The notes below the pieces were generated by a model, which worked only from the letters and a program-made list of their open reading frames with translations, was not told where the DNA came from and did not search any database. Source: Balanoglossus misakiensis (lineage: Eukaryota; Animalia; Hemichordata). Taken from it: 64,000 nucleotides of DNA. Position 1 is the stretch's first letter. Every line of letters begins with the position of its first letter. Made by a program: the position numbers and the translations under genes. Shown here piece after piece: positions 1 to 13,395 of this stretch. The DNA lies in NCBI GenBank assembly GCA_040954595.2, contig CM082582.2, positions 5,254,303-5,318,302 of the forward strand, read 5' to 3'.

Positions 1-389
1 TCGGTCATCAAAATACAGTTGCCCTCATTGTCAGTCATCATGTTTCTACTGATCTACAACTACCACCATAGAATTTGCTTATGCCTACACCCCCTAAATG
101 CTCTCTAGCTAGTACCTTTTTGAGTGGACGATCAGGAAGAATAAGATGGCTTCCACAGGAATAATCACAATTATCCATGAAGATCTCAAACTGGCCCATT
201 TCATCACTGGTCTGCTTTTTTCTAGAGTAGATCAGTCTGATAAAAAAGGAGAAAGTATTTGAAAATGCATAATTTTGGTTTATGCAAAAATGTCAACACT
301 GTACAAGTACATGTATACACATATGCTATATGAAATGACTTTTAAATATCAACATTTGAAATAAAATATGACAAATATAACTGTTTCTT

Positions 390-779
390 AGGTGGGAGGG
401 GGACACCCCCTCCCACGCCCACCCCGCCACTTTTCTTATTTTACCAATTCCAGCAACTATTGTATTGACTTTTCATTTTCATTTGTTCATAGATTTCTTT
501 ATTGCAATGATATACTATTATATACTTCAATTACTTTAAGAAATTTATAATTGAGGTGTGAGGAGCCTCATTCCCTCCATTGCATACAGTGAACATAGGA
601 TCAGGACGGCGAATGTTTTCGGCGTGGGGGAGGGGGGTCATCATATTTTTGGGTCTGTCAAAGGGGGGGGGGTCATCATTTTTTGCTCCTGGGTGAAGGG
701 GGGGGGGGGGTCGACCTGATTTTGAAAACCGATGACACAAACTTGTCACCCCCCGGCCGTAAAAACTGAACGGTCCCTA
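390..779. repeat. Dispersed repeat (probable MITE end) shared with 25716-26056
   Basis: Shared blocks gtgggaggg..caccccctcccac, gggggtc.tcatattttt, cctgggtgaagggg, cctgatttt, gccgtaaaa..tgaac.gtccc occur in the same order in both places. Confidence 0.65.
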
Positions 780-2665
780 AACTGCCTGGATGAATCTTGA
801 CTGGCGCGGCGTACGGACATTGGAGGCATTCATCTTGTTTATGATCACGTGGTCTGCCCTTTCTGGGCATGATATCGGGCCGTACCTGACCCCTTTCCCT
901 TTAGCGTAGCTCAGCCAGCGGTGGGATTGGGGCAGGGAACCAGACTAGGCTGGGTGATGGCCTGTATTACTCAACAATCATGTCATTTCAACGAATATAA
1001 ACTGTTACATGGCCCAGCGTCACATTTTAGAAATTTTATCCAGTCTGGGCGGATGTTGAATTAACTGGAGTCTGTGCTGCAAGAAGTCCACCATTGTTGT
1101 GTCATTAAGTTCATTTCTGTTTTTAGAGAAAAGTTACTGATCAAGAAATTGTTCATATTTGGAGAAGATTGTTTAATTAATACTGACTTTCATTGGAAAC
1201 CACGATTTTAGTACACAAGCTACCTCAAATGACATACTACAATGTAATATTAACTCTGGTATAGACCTATTTGCCAAGAAAAAGGTCAACTATCGGACAA
1301 ATTAAACCAGTTTTCCCTCCACGATGACGGGCAAGCAATATTTCGGCATCCAGTAAAAGTTTTTCCGAGTATGTTTTTACTTGAGAACCGCCAAACGTAC
1401 ACGTAACATGTATCAGGCATGGTGCCTCATCAGCCTCATGGTGTTTCGTCTGCACAGTCGTCGCCTGCACCACGTTGTTGAAGTTGCCCGTCATCTGGAA
1501 ATTTAAATGCCAACGTAACTGCCGCCTGAGCGCGTCTGACGTCATTTGATATCGAAGAATTTCTTGCACTGAATATCACGATGGCCATGGATTGGTCATC
1601 TAAATGACGGGTCAGGAGTCAGCATGTTTCAGTAAATAAGACAATGGTATCCCTAGAAGGGTACAAATATGAGAGAGAATGACAATTTTAACCAAAAGTT
1701 ACCGGTCAAAATTGTTTTACTGTATAACGTGTACCCCATGCGTTGTGTATGCCATTGAGTATTTTTGAGATATCCTAAAAGGCTGCAATGATGACATAAA
1801 AATGGCCGAGTACCTGTACAAGTTGTGACATGGTTCCAACCTGTACAAGTTGTGACATGGTTCCAACTTGTATTGGTGTTAATGTTTAACTCACAGGGAT
1901 CAGACAGCATGTTGTTAAGTTTGTTAATATTTGATCAATTATTGTCAGATGACTTCTCATCTCCACTGACATTTCTAAATATACATGACACAAACTTTCG
2001 AAAGAAAAAAATAAAACAACTATGATAGATGAGAAACGAAACTTTTCTCGACATAGATTTCCTGTCAATGTCTAGGGTAATATTATAGAGCACACACATC
2101 CGTAACGAAGCAAACACTATGCCCCAAACCATTGAGGTGTAGAGCTCCTTTCACATTTTATAAATAATATCTGACAAGATTAACACTGAACATTGTCTTT
2201 ACTTGATGAAAATTTGTCAGTAAATATAAATTCATTGGTCAACTAAAATTGTGTGGTCACCGCGCTCTAAACCACTGGTGAACAGTGCAGTCAGCAGTTT
2301 TCTTCTATTATCGGCTAAATTCTTGGCTCTGTATTTCAAAAACAAGTGCGTTGACATGACCCTTATATTTAATTGCAGCGAATGTTTGTAATTTCTAGGA
2401 ATAAGTAACTAATTGCACATGCCTAAATGTTCCAGGCAAGTGTGTGCGAAATCACCCATCTGACAAAGCATCGACGTTGGCCGTAGTCCAAAAACAAAAC
2501 CGTGAATACAGGAAAAATGGAACATGTTACTACACGTTCATGATAACATTACTCTATGTTCTTGCGAAACGGTATACAATGTCCGACATACTGCATATCT
2601 ATACTTTTGATGAGCTTTATCTGCTTATGTGTGTTGATATATTATGAGGATTTCCCGCGTTTTTA

Positions 2666-3400
2666 GGGGCAACATTATAAGTTCAATATAATAATAAATC
2701 TAACTTAATTGTTTAAGTTTGGCGGTGGGGGGGGGGGTGGGGTTGGCCAAATTAAATTCTGTGCGGTCAAAAACGACTTTACATATTTTTTGGCAAACTT
2801 AGTGATTTCAAGACTACATTTTTGTTGTGTTCTGTTGAGTTGCAATAAGAGTATTTTGTCAATGTATTAATGGTTTTCTGTTTTTATTTAATTTACTTGT
2901 ACATTGGTATACGTTGTCTGAAAAAATAGTATGGGTACAGGTCCAAAATGATTTTCAATTTTAGGTCAATTAAGTTGGAATGGGGGTGGGGGCTCTGAGG
3001 CCTAACTTAAAGGGACAAAGTCTCTCTCTCGGCGCTGCCCTTTTTCATTAATTATGTTTGATACAAGACACCGTTTATGTTAATGTACATGTGTAAATGT
3101 AGTGAATGAACGTTTAACCACGTGCACACAACTTCCATCCCACTTGTAGACACAAGAGTGAAAAACTCGCCAAAATGAATATAAAATGGCAAACACCGCG
3201 ATTATTCATTTTGGCGAGATTTTTACTCTCATATCCTACAAATGGGATGGAAGTTGTGTGTGGTCGAATGTTGATTCACTATATATCCACATGTACATTA
3301 ATATAAACGGTTCAAACATATTAGATGGAAAAAGGGCAGCGAGAGAGAGACTTTGTCCCTTTAAGGTAAATTTATTATATTGAACTTTTGATGTTTCCCC
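2666..3400. mobile_element. PIF/Harbinger-type MITE
   Basis: Imperfect ~30-bp TIRs (ggggcaacattataagttcaatataat / attatattgaacttttgatgtttcccc) with TTA on both flanks. The element is absent from the paralogous duplicated sequence at ~4695. Confidence 0.8.
3011..3360. mobile_element. Palindromic MITE with TTAA TSD (Kolobok-like), nested in the Harbinger MITE
   Basis: ttaa|agggacaaagtctctctctc ... gagagagagactttgtccct|ttaa. Almost the whole element is an imperfect inverted repeat. Confidence 0.8.
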
Positions 3401-6400
3401 TTATAATGTTATCAATTAGTCGACATGTCTCTTTCCTCGTACTAATAGCGATTTCTCGTATAATTAAACACGTAGTGTTTTACAGTATTTTCTGTTCGAA
3501 ATATGAAGATCAATAATTTAATCCAGCTTGGTTTATCAACAACAAAACCAAATGTGTTTCCGACACGTATTTCTTATCTTTCACACATGCATGCGATGTA
3601 CTGAATATTAGTAGGCCTATTGCAGGTATTGCAACCGTCGATCGCCCAACAACGATTTCTGTTAAAATCATCAATTGAATCCATTCTGTGTATTCCTTCT
3701 TTGGAATGTACAGTTATTGCATGCAATACTGCATTTCCAAATGTATCACTGATCACACCACTTACAGTTGGCCACCCCCATTTCATAATGGTATGCGTAG
3801 GTCAACAGGGGTCTCATTGTTTATACATGTATAAAACATTTTCTTTTTTTTTGGTCAAAACAAGGAAAGTAAATTACAGCACCCGACGAAAATCTTAAAG
3901 TTCCAATGTTGAAACAAACCACATGACAAGAACCTAAACAAACCATGTATCACAAACAACAATCTCAACCAACTTTATCACCTGAAAGTGATAACCTTAT
4001 TTCTGAATATATATGACACAAACTTTCGAAAGAAAGAATAATAAAACAAATATGATAGACGAAAAACGAAACTCTTCTCGACATAGATTTCCTGTCATTG
4101 TCTAGGGTGATATTTTAGAGCACACACATCCGTAACGAAGCAAACACTATGCCCCAAACCATTGAAGTGTAGAGCTCCTTTCACATTTTATAAATAATAT
4201 CTGACAAGATTAACATTGAACGTTGTCTTTACTTAATGATCAGAAATTGTCAGTAAGTATAAATTCATTGGTCAACTAAAATTGTGTGGTCACCGCGCTC
4301 TAAACCACTGGTGAACAGTGCAGTCAGCAGTTTTCTTCTATTATCGGCTAAATTCTTGGCTCTGTATTTCAAAAACAAGTGCGTTGACATGACCCTTATA
4401 TTTAATTGCAGCGAATGTTTGTAATTTCTAGGAATAAGTAACTATTGCGCATGCTTAAATGTTCCACACAGGCAAGTGTGTGTGAAATCGTCCATCGTGC
4501 AAAGCATCGACATTTGGCCGTAGCCCAAAAACAAAACCGTGAGTAAAGGAAAAACATGTTTCTACACGTTCATGATAACATAACTCTATGTTCTTGCGAA
4601 ACGGTATACAATGTCCGACATACTGCATATCTATACTTTTGATGAGCTTTATCTGCTTATGTGTGTTGATATATTATGAGGCCTTCCCGCGTTTTTTAGT
4701 GTTACTAATTAGTCGACATGTCTCTTTCCTCGCTTGTACTAATAGCGATTTCTCGTATAATTATTAAAACACGTCGTGTTTTACAGTATTTTCTGTTCGA
4801 AATATAAAGATCAATAATTTAATTCAGCTTGGTTTATCAACAACAAAACCAAATGTGTTTCCGACACGTATTTCTTATTTTTCACACATGCATGCGATGT
4901 ACTGAATATTAGTAGGCCTATTGCAGGTATTGCATTATGCAACATTCGATCGCCCAACAATGATTTCTGTTAAAATCATCAATTGAATTCATTCTGTGTA
5001 TTCCTTTTTGCATGTAATGAAGACGTGTTTTATGCAGAAGAATCATTATCTTATAATGTATCCAACTTCGGCCGTTGCCTTCTTGATGATTGAGTCCTTT
5101 GTGCTTGGTAAGATACGATTTTCTCGCGTTCTGTTAGACATTACCCTTTGGGCGTTTCCTCGTCGGGGCTTACTGTGGAGAATCAGCCACGTCCGAAGGC
5201 TGAGATTGTAACACAACTCCACTCCACAAACTAATAATAATAGGTCCGATTTCCACAAAAATTTCACCATAGGGGTATCTTGGCTCAAAAAGAACAAACA
5301 TGATATCCGTTTAGTGATCACATGTTTCTATGGCACCCATTTTGGGGCTGAAATTAAGCCTTTTGTGCTAAGAGAGGGTATCACAAGTCAATTTAAATAA
5401 TAATAGGTTGGATTTGAACACCAAATCACTGGCAGTATTTTTGGTCACAAAGAAAACATTTGGGGTTTATTTTCCGAATGCACATTTATAAGTTGGTGAA
5501 ATTTGACTTTTCTTTCAAGACAGAGGAACTGCGCACGTGCAGAACAACTGGCAATGCAGCCTGCCGATTTCCACCATTTAACTACAAAAAATCACAAGAT
5601 ACAATATCATCGCTGGGGAATCCAATCAATCAATATTTCCTAACTGTCGACCAGTTTTAAAACATAAATCCATTGGTATTGCATCAACGTTTACCGTCTA
5701 TTTGTTGTTGAATGGTTATTGAAGGAAGGCAGTTACAGGACACACTCTCGCAGAAGAAGTTCACTGTTTGAGTGTTGACGGCGAGTCTGTGTTAAATTTG
5801 GCAGTTCAGCGTGACTTCAACACTAGATAGACAACTAGCAGAAAAGTCTGCAAACTACTAAATTTCTGGAAATGTTTTATTTGGTATGGTTATGAAATAA
5901 TTTTCGTTTATGAAGAATCAAATCTCAGCGACGCACCATAGCTTCTGATGAATGCGAAGACCTGTCAGCTGACACGCAAATGCAGACAAAACATAAAATT
6001 CAACATAGAAAACGGAACCGCGAGATGCCTCGTTTGTCTGTCCTGTCACCTCGTCTGAGAAAACAATAAAATTCCCGAGAAATAACAACACGAAATCCAA
6101 AGAATCGTGATAACATTTCTTCATTTCTCCGATTCTATTTGGCTGCCGTGTAAACATTGCGTCCGTTTGACACCGACACAAACGTAGCATAACTCAGAGG
6201 TCAATTCTTCGATTAAAATCAATGATTTAAACATTAACCTTCCTGTTCCACGATATCTGCATTTTCTATGACGCTCAAATCTCACGATATGTGCAATTCT
6301 AAAGCCAACTGGGGTATTATTCCTGTCGTTTTAGCCACGAAAACTGGGCAGACGACACGACGCGAAACAGCTCGTTCACACTCAGTTGACATCGCGTGAT

Positions 6401-6687
6401 TTCAGAGCACGCGCATACATTAGTCTCGGTTACCCAGAGCCCTCTGCTTCTTCCGTTAGGCACTCCAGAAAGAGGGTATGGGGAAACCCGGTAGACAAAT
6501 CGCCGGGCGGAATCGGGACAGCTGCGATGCATGACGGGAGCTTAATATTCGATACGATATTATGATATGACGATATTAGAAAACTATTTACCAAACTTCT
6601 CTCTCTCTTTTCAATTTGTAGACATTTTTAGCAGGTCTAGCACTTCTCAGCATGTTTTCTTTATCGTATGACATACATGTCGGCCGT

Positions 6688-7144
6688 TAGTCTCGGTTAC
6701 CCAGACGCCTTTGCTTCTTCCGATGCTCTCCAGAAAAGGGTCTGGGGAAATACTATTGAAAGCTTTGTAAAACAAAATGGCCGATGTCAGGATTTTGATC
6801 ATCGCCTGATTGGCTGAGCTGTCAGTATGACCCGGGTCACTGACTCTCGACAATGTGTGATTATTTGTTGTATCTTCATATCAAGAGACCGGTACTTGTT
6901 GGTTGATGCGAAAGGCAAAAGGCGTCCTCTGTTAGCATTGTTGGAGAAATTATATGAATTATCTTTGGTAGACGATTGTCGAAACTATTGCGGTGACCCG
7001 GGTCATACTGACAGCTCAGCCAATCAGGCGATGATCAAAATCCTGACATCGGCCATTTTGTTTTACAAAGCTTTCAATAGTATTTCCCCAGACCCTTTTC
7101 TGGAGAGCATCGGAAGAGCAAAGGCGTCTGGGTAACCGAGACTA
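6688..7144. mobile_element. Non-autonomous DNA transposon with ~150-bp TIRs and a 9-bp TSD (TAG..CTA ends, AcademH-like)
   Basis: 6688-6840 is the near-perfect reverse complement of 6993-7144. The element is flanked by gtcggccgt at 6679-6687 and 7145-7153. A related single end lies at ~6421-6485. Confidence 0.85.
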
Positions 7145-7659
7145 GTCGGCCGTGAGGTTCGCGCGCAGGACGTCGCCATTTTGGAATATGAGCGATGGCG
7201 ACCATATATTCGCGTCCACCACAGTAACCTTCAGTCGACTCGGATTCTAGTCGACTCGCGTTCTATCCGACACATACACACCACCTCACAGACGTAAACA
7301 CTTGTCATATCATCACGCGTACATGTACGCCTAGGCGATGGGGAGACTGTTGTTTGTCCTGTGTGACGGTTTGTGTGTTTCCCCTTTCTTTTCTCTTCTT
7401 CGAGTCAACTTATTTTCACACTCTGTTTTTTTTTAAGATTACCCAGACTCCTCTAGCAAAATCTCTCACTTTTTTTTTGGAGCGCATTTCTCACTCAATT
7501 TTTTTTTCGGCGCATGCGCATACGCTATTCTTTCAAATGCGTCCGGGTTTTTTTTCAAGTTGTTAAAGACTATTATTTATTTTTACAACTGAATGCTCGT
7601 TTTTTTAAACACGCTTGTTTTATTTTTTGGATGACAAATATACCATTTTTTACAACTTG

Positions 7660-8060
7660 GATCTGCCTGAATATTTTGGGTGACAAATGTGCCTATATAT
7701 TTTTTTTTTCAAATTTTATATCGTGTTTTTTTTTCAAATTGCCTGTTTTTGGGGTGACAAATGTTCCTATTTTTTTTTTTTTTGCAAATTGCTCTGCGTT
7801 TTTTTTTCAAATTGCCTGTTTTTTTGGGTGACAAATGTTCCTATATATTTTTTTTTTCAAATTGCCTGTTTTTTTGGGTGACAAGTGTTCCTATTTTTTT
7901 TTTTTGCAAATTGCTGTGTTTTTTTTTTTTCAAATTGCCTGTTGTTTTTCGGGGGATTAAAAATGTGCTTATTTTTGCAACCTCAGTGCATCTGCGTTTT
8001 TTAAAGTGGCCCGTTAGTTTTGGGGTGACATGAGTGCGGGTTTATTTTCGGTGACAAATA
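7660..8060. repeat. Degenerate T-rich minisatellite
   Basis: Repeated ttttcaaattgcctgtttttt(g)ggtgacaaatgttcctat units. Confidence 0.75.
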
Positions 8061-8672
8061 TCTCCGTTTTTTATGGCTAACATGTTCTTGTTTTTTCTAT
8101 GTTTGCCTGTGTTGTTTGTTCTGGGGGTGTGCATTTTTTCAAGTTGTAGTCTCTCTTTTTTTTCAAAGAGTGTTCTTTTTAATACTTTGTGTGTATTTTT
8201 TGTGGGGGTGAAGTGTGCGTTTTTCGTGAAAAATGTGCGCGTGGTTTTTTTGTGACAAATTAGTGAATTTTTTTTTTGCAACTGCCTTGTGGACGTTTTT
8301 TTGGTAAGCTTGGTGGGGTTTTTTTTGACAACAGGTGAGATTTTCTTCTGTGTGTGTTAGTTTTTTTTTTTTTTTTTGACTCCACGATGGATTACTTTTT
8401 ACACTCGTTGTTTTTTAAACCACCAATCAGTTTTTTGCGTTTTTTACGTATTTTTTTTGTTAAAAGACATCAATTTTCTATAAAATAATGATAAATAATT
8501 TTGAAACACTTGGCGCGCCGTAGTAGGCCTATCTTTTTGATACACTCACTTAGAAAAATGATCTCTTCAGCGCTAAATGATGAATCTGAAGAATCGAGAA
8601 TGATTGTACAGAAAATCCACCCGTGCTTATTAAATTCATAAATTGTTTATATAATTCTTTAAACCCCTTAAC

Positions 8673-8778
<106 letters not shown>

Positions 8779-9527
8779 TGCAGCAAAGGCCACCGGCCGA
8801 TCGTATTTAAAACATCATAATATAAAAGCACAGATCTTCGTCTTCCACGATGTATATATGTATTACAAATTTTACATGGGCCTGCCTTTGCAGATCTGTC
8901 CAGACCTTTGCTCCGGCCAGTTTTAATAAAAAGGTTGATGACCGGAGCATCGTCTCTGGGAAAGAGCTTATCGATGTTTGTTGACCACAGCGCACGCCAT
9001 GCATGCCAGTAGGACTTCGACTAATGACTCTCAGTTGCTGGTCGTGAGATCCTTCGTTGAACTTCAAGGCGCAAACTCGCACCACACTGTCGGGGACACG
9101 AGAAGGGCAACGATTACGGAAAATTGATTTACGCCAGATTTTGAAAAATGGTATTTTAGTTTCAGCGAATGATTGCTGACCTGAATAGGGAGTATCGAAA
9201 CGAGTGACGTGATTGAGTGCAATCGTGATTGGGTACCTATCGAGCAATCTAACACGCACCGACTCACATTGCGCTGACATTACCATTACGTTACCACTAG
9301 AGGCAGCCAACCCCCCTTTTTATCTCAGGTAATGTAAACACAAGGTAGACAAGTCCCCCATAAACCTGACTTCCTATCAGGTGTTTGCTGATAAGTGTCA
9401 CTGGATTTTACAGCTTGTCAAATCGATGTCTGGCCAGGCTGCAATCGCTTATGAGGACTTTACCGACAACCCGCCAGAAAAAAAATACGTCGATTGTGCA
9501 CTGCTGATCGCACTTCGTCGCTAAACT

Positions 9528-9773
9528 ATGGAAAGCCGTTGGGGGAACCCCGACAACTTCTCTCAATACATGGGTAAAGTCCATAGACAAATGATATGAA
9601 CCCTAACCCTAACCCCAACGGCTTTCCATAATTAAGTAAAGGTGTCGGCAAAAATTTGGTTGTTACCGGCATTTAGTGCGTCATATTTTCAGCATATGCG
9701 TTCCTATCATTTGTCTATGGACTTTACCCATGTATTGAGAGAAGTTGTCGGGGGTCCCCAACGGCTTTCCATA
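9528..9773. mobile_element. MITE-like foldback element
   Basis: ~68-bp inverted repeats (atggaaagccgttggggg..ccatagacaaatgata / tatcatttgtctatgg..aacggctttccata), with ccctaaccctaac inside. Confidence 0.65.
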
Positions 9774-10111
9774 CTAAACAGTCGAAACTAACCGTAGCTC
9801 ACGTTCCAAGACTTTCAGAGAAGTATTGCGATTAGCCCTGGTCAAACAGATTACGCACGACGACCACTCCCAAATAAACTACCGTACAAACACACGTTAA
9901 TCCGAATCCCTGGCCTTTCCGCACCGGGGTTTAAGTAAATAATTTTCAAGACACGGGCGATGACAAAACATTTGTTATCGACTTGTGTTAGAAATCTCAC
10001 CCCCCAGTCTTGACGCCAACTATCTTTTACTCTATCGTGATAAACATTTATTCTTTACCAACACATTGGTTTATACATGAACGTCCATGCTCTATCCATA
10101 CTTATAAACAG

Positions 10112-13100
10112 GAACGCCGACTTGGAAAACGATTCCAACGGACATTACCGTTCTAGAAGGAGGCGAGGCTCGTTTGCAATGTGTATTGAAGTTAAAAGGA
10201 AGTGAGGTTCCGCCGGCATGGTTTAAAGTTACCGAAGACATGGGTGCAGTTTACGTGTCATATGGCACAAAACTGTACGACCAGTGTAGGAGTTGCAGCT
10301 TGGAGGGCGATATTACTAAAGGGGAATACAACCTTCTCATTCGAAATGTTAGTATCATAGAACATGAGCGTCAATGGCAGTGTTCCCACGTTCAAGCAAA
10401 GCCACAGAAACAAACTGCAAACGTCACTGTAGTGGGTATGTGCTTTTGAAAATCGGTTAGTGTACAACCAAATGGACCTGATATCATGTTGTTAATATTA
10501 TCAAATGTTTGGTGTAATAAAATTAATAACACATGATGCTCGGGCTTTCTGACCACAATATTGATGGTGTATGTAGTGCCTACTATGCATTCCCATTGCC
10601 TTGTCAATTGGTTGACCCACGCTAACAAGGAATACTAGTACTATCAACAGCGGTGACCATGAGAAAAGTTTTGGTCAACGAAAAGAAAAAAAAGTTTATC
10701 ATAGTGGTAAAGTTGACGCATGCGTATCAGGCAGCTACTAATAAAACATGTATCTGTTTTAAATGGCAGTCCCTGTTGCAGATGTGAACATTACCAAGTC
10801 AGCAGGTAATGTGTATGTATGTGAAGCGAAAAGGGGGAAACCGCAGGCTTCAATTAAATGGTACAAGAACGGATTGCTGCAGTTGAGTGAGACTGGGTTG
10901 GTTGTTCGCTCACACGATGACAAAACAGTAGACTGCATCGGCGTTTATTTCCCTGTATTGAACGGGGAGGATGGTGAAGTTTATTTGACGTGCCAAGCTG
11001 TTCAACCATTCTACAAAGAGCTGTGCACCAATTCAAGCACAATGCATATACCGAAGGGTAAGTTTCAATTGTTTAAGTCAAAATAGTTATTGTCACTGTC
11101 CTAAGCTACAGAAAATATATACTCGAAGCATAATTATTGATTTTGTGTTCGTATGTTATCTGGTTTTTCTGCGCGTACCTAAACTTAAAGGGACAAAGTC
11201 GCTCTCTCGCTGCCCTTTTACATTATTTATGTTTGATACAAGACACCTTTTATGTTATTCTACATGTGGATAGTGAATCAACGTTCGACCACACACAACT
11301 TCTATCCCACTTGTAGACACGAGAGTGAAAAAAAACTCGCCAAAATGAATAATCGGTCTCTACCATTTATTCATTTTGGGCGAGTTTTTACTCTCATGTA
11401 AGACTTGTTATGCATGATTTGCAGTGCAAGATCTTATTTGACTCAGTGTCTGCCTTGAAATGCTGTTTCTGATTGGTCAATTGTATTATTCAAATAACAA
11501 AACGACCAGGCGCGGGAATAATTTCTTATATATTATGGAAATCAGTGTAAATTGCAGTCTTTCATTTAAGTTGGTGATAGCCTGGTCAATTTGCGAGAGG
11601 GTGCTTCAAAAGCCCTTTCTTTTTCAAGAAAAACTTACAAAGGCGCTACATATAGTTTATTTCATGTCGTTATTGTTATCACGGGAGAAACACTACCGAT
11701 TATACGTCTATATTTATCATAACATACAGGTCCAATTCAAGAGACTAGCCTGCGTCAATTGACCGGCAATGTGTTCATGTGTACAGCGAAGGGAGGGAGA
11801 CCGGCAGCCACGTTCAAATGGTACAAGAATGGAACGCTGCAGTGGGAGGACAAGGGCGAGATCGTCAAGCTTGATGAGGATATGATGGTAGATAGTGCCA
11901 GCATCTATTCTCCTAACTTGACCAGAGAGGATGACGGACTGACTCTGATGTGTGAAGCGATTCAATCAACTCTACTGATTGATGAAAATAATCGTGGTTC
12001 CATCATGTTGCACGTTAATGAAGAACTGGGTAATCTTAATTATAATTTTAAACATATAATTGACTATTGGGGAAAGCCCGTGCTGTGCTTGATTTTTTAA
12101 CAAGCACCAGCTCCAAACGTAAGGTGTTACTATTTGCAACTTCTAGCTTTCTCGCAGTATCTTTGTTTTATGTATCAGCTACATTTATCATCTTCTCTAC
12201 AGTATCACAGCACGCCCATTTTTGTCCGAGTCAACAAATCACGTTTGTATACCGATCATTGTTATCGTCGACATTCAAACACATTCAAGTCCCGACATTA
12301 ATGCAAGCTTTTAAACAGAAAATTATTTCGAATGTACACACATGGGCTATGTTGAGAAGATGAACACTGCAGATTTCACCCTGCTACAACCAGCCAAACA
12401 AGAAACAATGGTTGATACACAGAATGACGATACCGAACAATAGTCAAAGCCACAGGCAGTTGACCTTCAATGATTTGTATGTAACAGTTGCTATTAGCTA
12501 AGTAAAATCTCTCATCATCATGCACTTGAAAACGCAACCAGCGAAAATAAGTGCAGGTATTCATACAATATGATAGCATTGTCCAAAGAATTTGTACTAA
12601 GTGTCGTTTAGGTTTTTCAAAAAAATTACCCTAATGACTCGTCATATCTTTATGTGTTTGTTATATACAGCGCCGGCTGTCTGCGACACTGCCGTGGGCG
12701 CATGTCCTTTGATTGCAGGCCTAATTGGTATACTTGTCGGCATTGAAAATGTGGCGGTAATTGCAACTGTGGCGGTTTACCGTAGCAGTAAGTTGGTTTT
12801 CGAATCTTATACAATAGTGCACGTGGAGAGGAACCTTTGGATAGCGCATACATGAGAAGCTAAAACATTTTCTTCACCAATCCTTAGTTGGCTTGAAAAA
12901 TATGTCTATATTTTTAATTTAAAAAATGAATATCTACAATATGGCATGTAAGACACCCATAGAATCCAGGTATACATTTAAAAAGTATTTTCAAAGTATT
13001 TTACTCCACATTAATGTATGAATATTGATATTCAGACTGTTATCTTGTCGGGGCACGGCCCCCATTGATATCAAGGTATTTGATATAAATTTAAAATGCC

Positions 13101-13395
13101 AGATGTAAAGAAATAGTAGTGCGAGTGGAAAATAAGGCGTTTGTGGTTTGAGGTGGGGGTGGTGGTTTGGAGAGGGGGGGGGGTGGCCTCTAGAAGGTAC
13201 CTGTAATGCTTAATTTGCTAAGTAAAAATCTAAATGATGAGCATTTCACTATGTGTCAGGAATTTGAACCACAAGTGAAGTAGATGTACTGAACACGTAT
13301 GTAGCAAAAAGGTAAAGCCAATTGAGCTTTCAGCCATCGTAATATATTCATTCTCTTTTTTATAGGGATAATGAAGAAGACACCAAGAAAACGTG
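10112..13395 (+). CDS. Ig-superfamily membrane protein (V-like plus two C2-like Ig domains, TM); partial or possibly pseudogenised
   Basis: Phase-1 exons 10112-10435 (C..W..YNLLIRNV..WQC), 10770-11057 (CEAKRGKPQASIKWYKNG..LTCQA), 11730-12029 (CTAKGGRPAATFKWYKNG..LMCEA), 12671-12787 (TM) and 13366-13395 (RIMKKTPRKR). No signal-peptide exon or terminal cytoplasmic exon was identified. A LINE fragment follows. Confidence 0.75.
11189..11398. mobile_element. Truncated copy of the TTAA MITE at 3011-3360
   Basis: ttaaagggacaaagtcgctctctcgctgccc..cccacttgtagacac..ctcgccaaaatgaat matches the left arm and centre of 3011-3360. Confidence 0.8.

Larger units (their letters stand above)
1972..5005 (+). 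repeat. Local tandem duplication of ~1 kb (1972-2665 plus 3404-3697, versus ~4001-5005)
   Basis: Long near-identical runs, e.g. cacacacatccgtaacgaagcaaacactatgcccc at ~2091 and ~4121, and gtcgacatgtctctttcctcg at ~3419 and ~4712. Confidence 0.9.

Noticed and set aside
1267-1569. 100-aa minus-strand ORF with an AG acceptor
   Set aside because: No recognisable domain or partner exons, so it cannot be supported as coding.
5872-5883. ATG followed by a gtatgg donor as a possible first exon of the first Ig gene
   Set aside because: It is only four codons and phase 0, incompatible with the phase-1 Ig exon unless an intermediate exon exists, which I could not find.
7660-8060. Repeated ~40-bp units that could be mistaken for a CRISPR array
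   Set aside because: Degenerate T-rich minisatellite in eukaryotic DNA, with no unique spacers and no cas genes.
8807-9310. 167-aa minus-strand ORF
   Set aside because: No recognisable motif or splice context.
9601-9616. ccctaaccctaacccc telomere-like repeat
   Set aside because: Only about two units, internal to a foldback element, so not an interstitial telomere.
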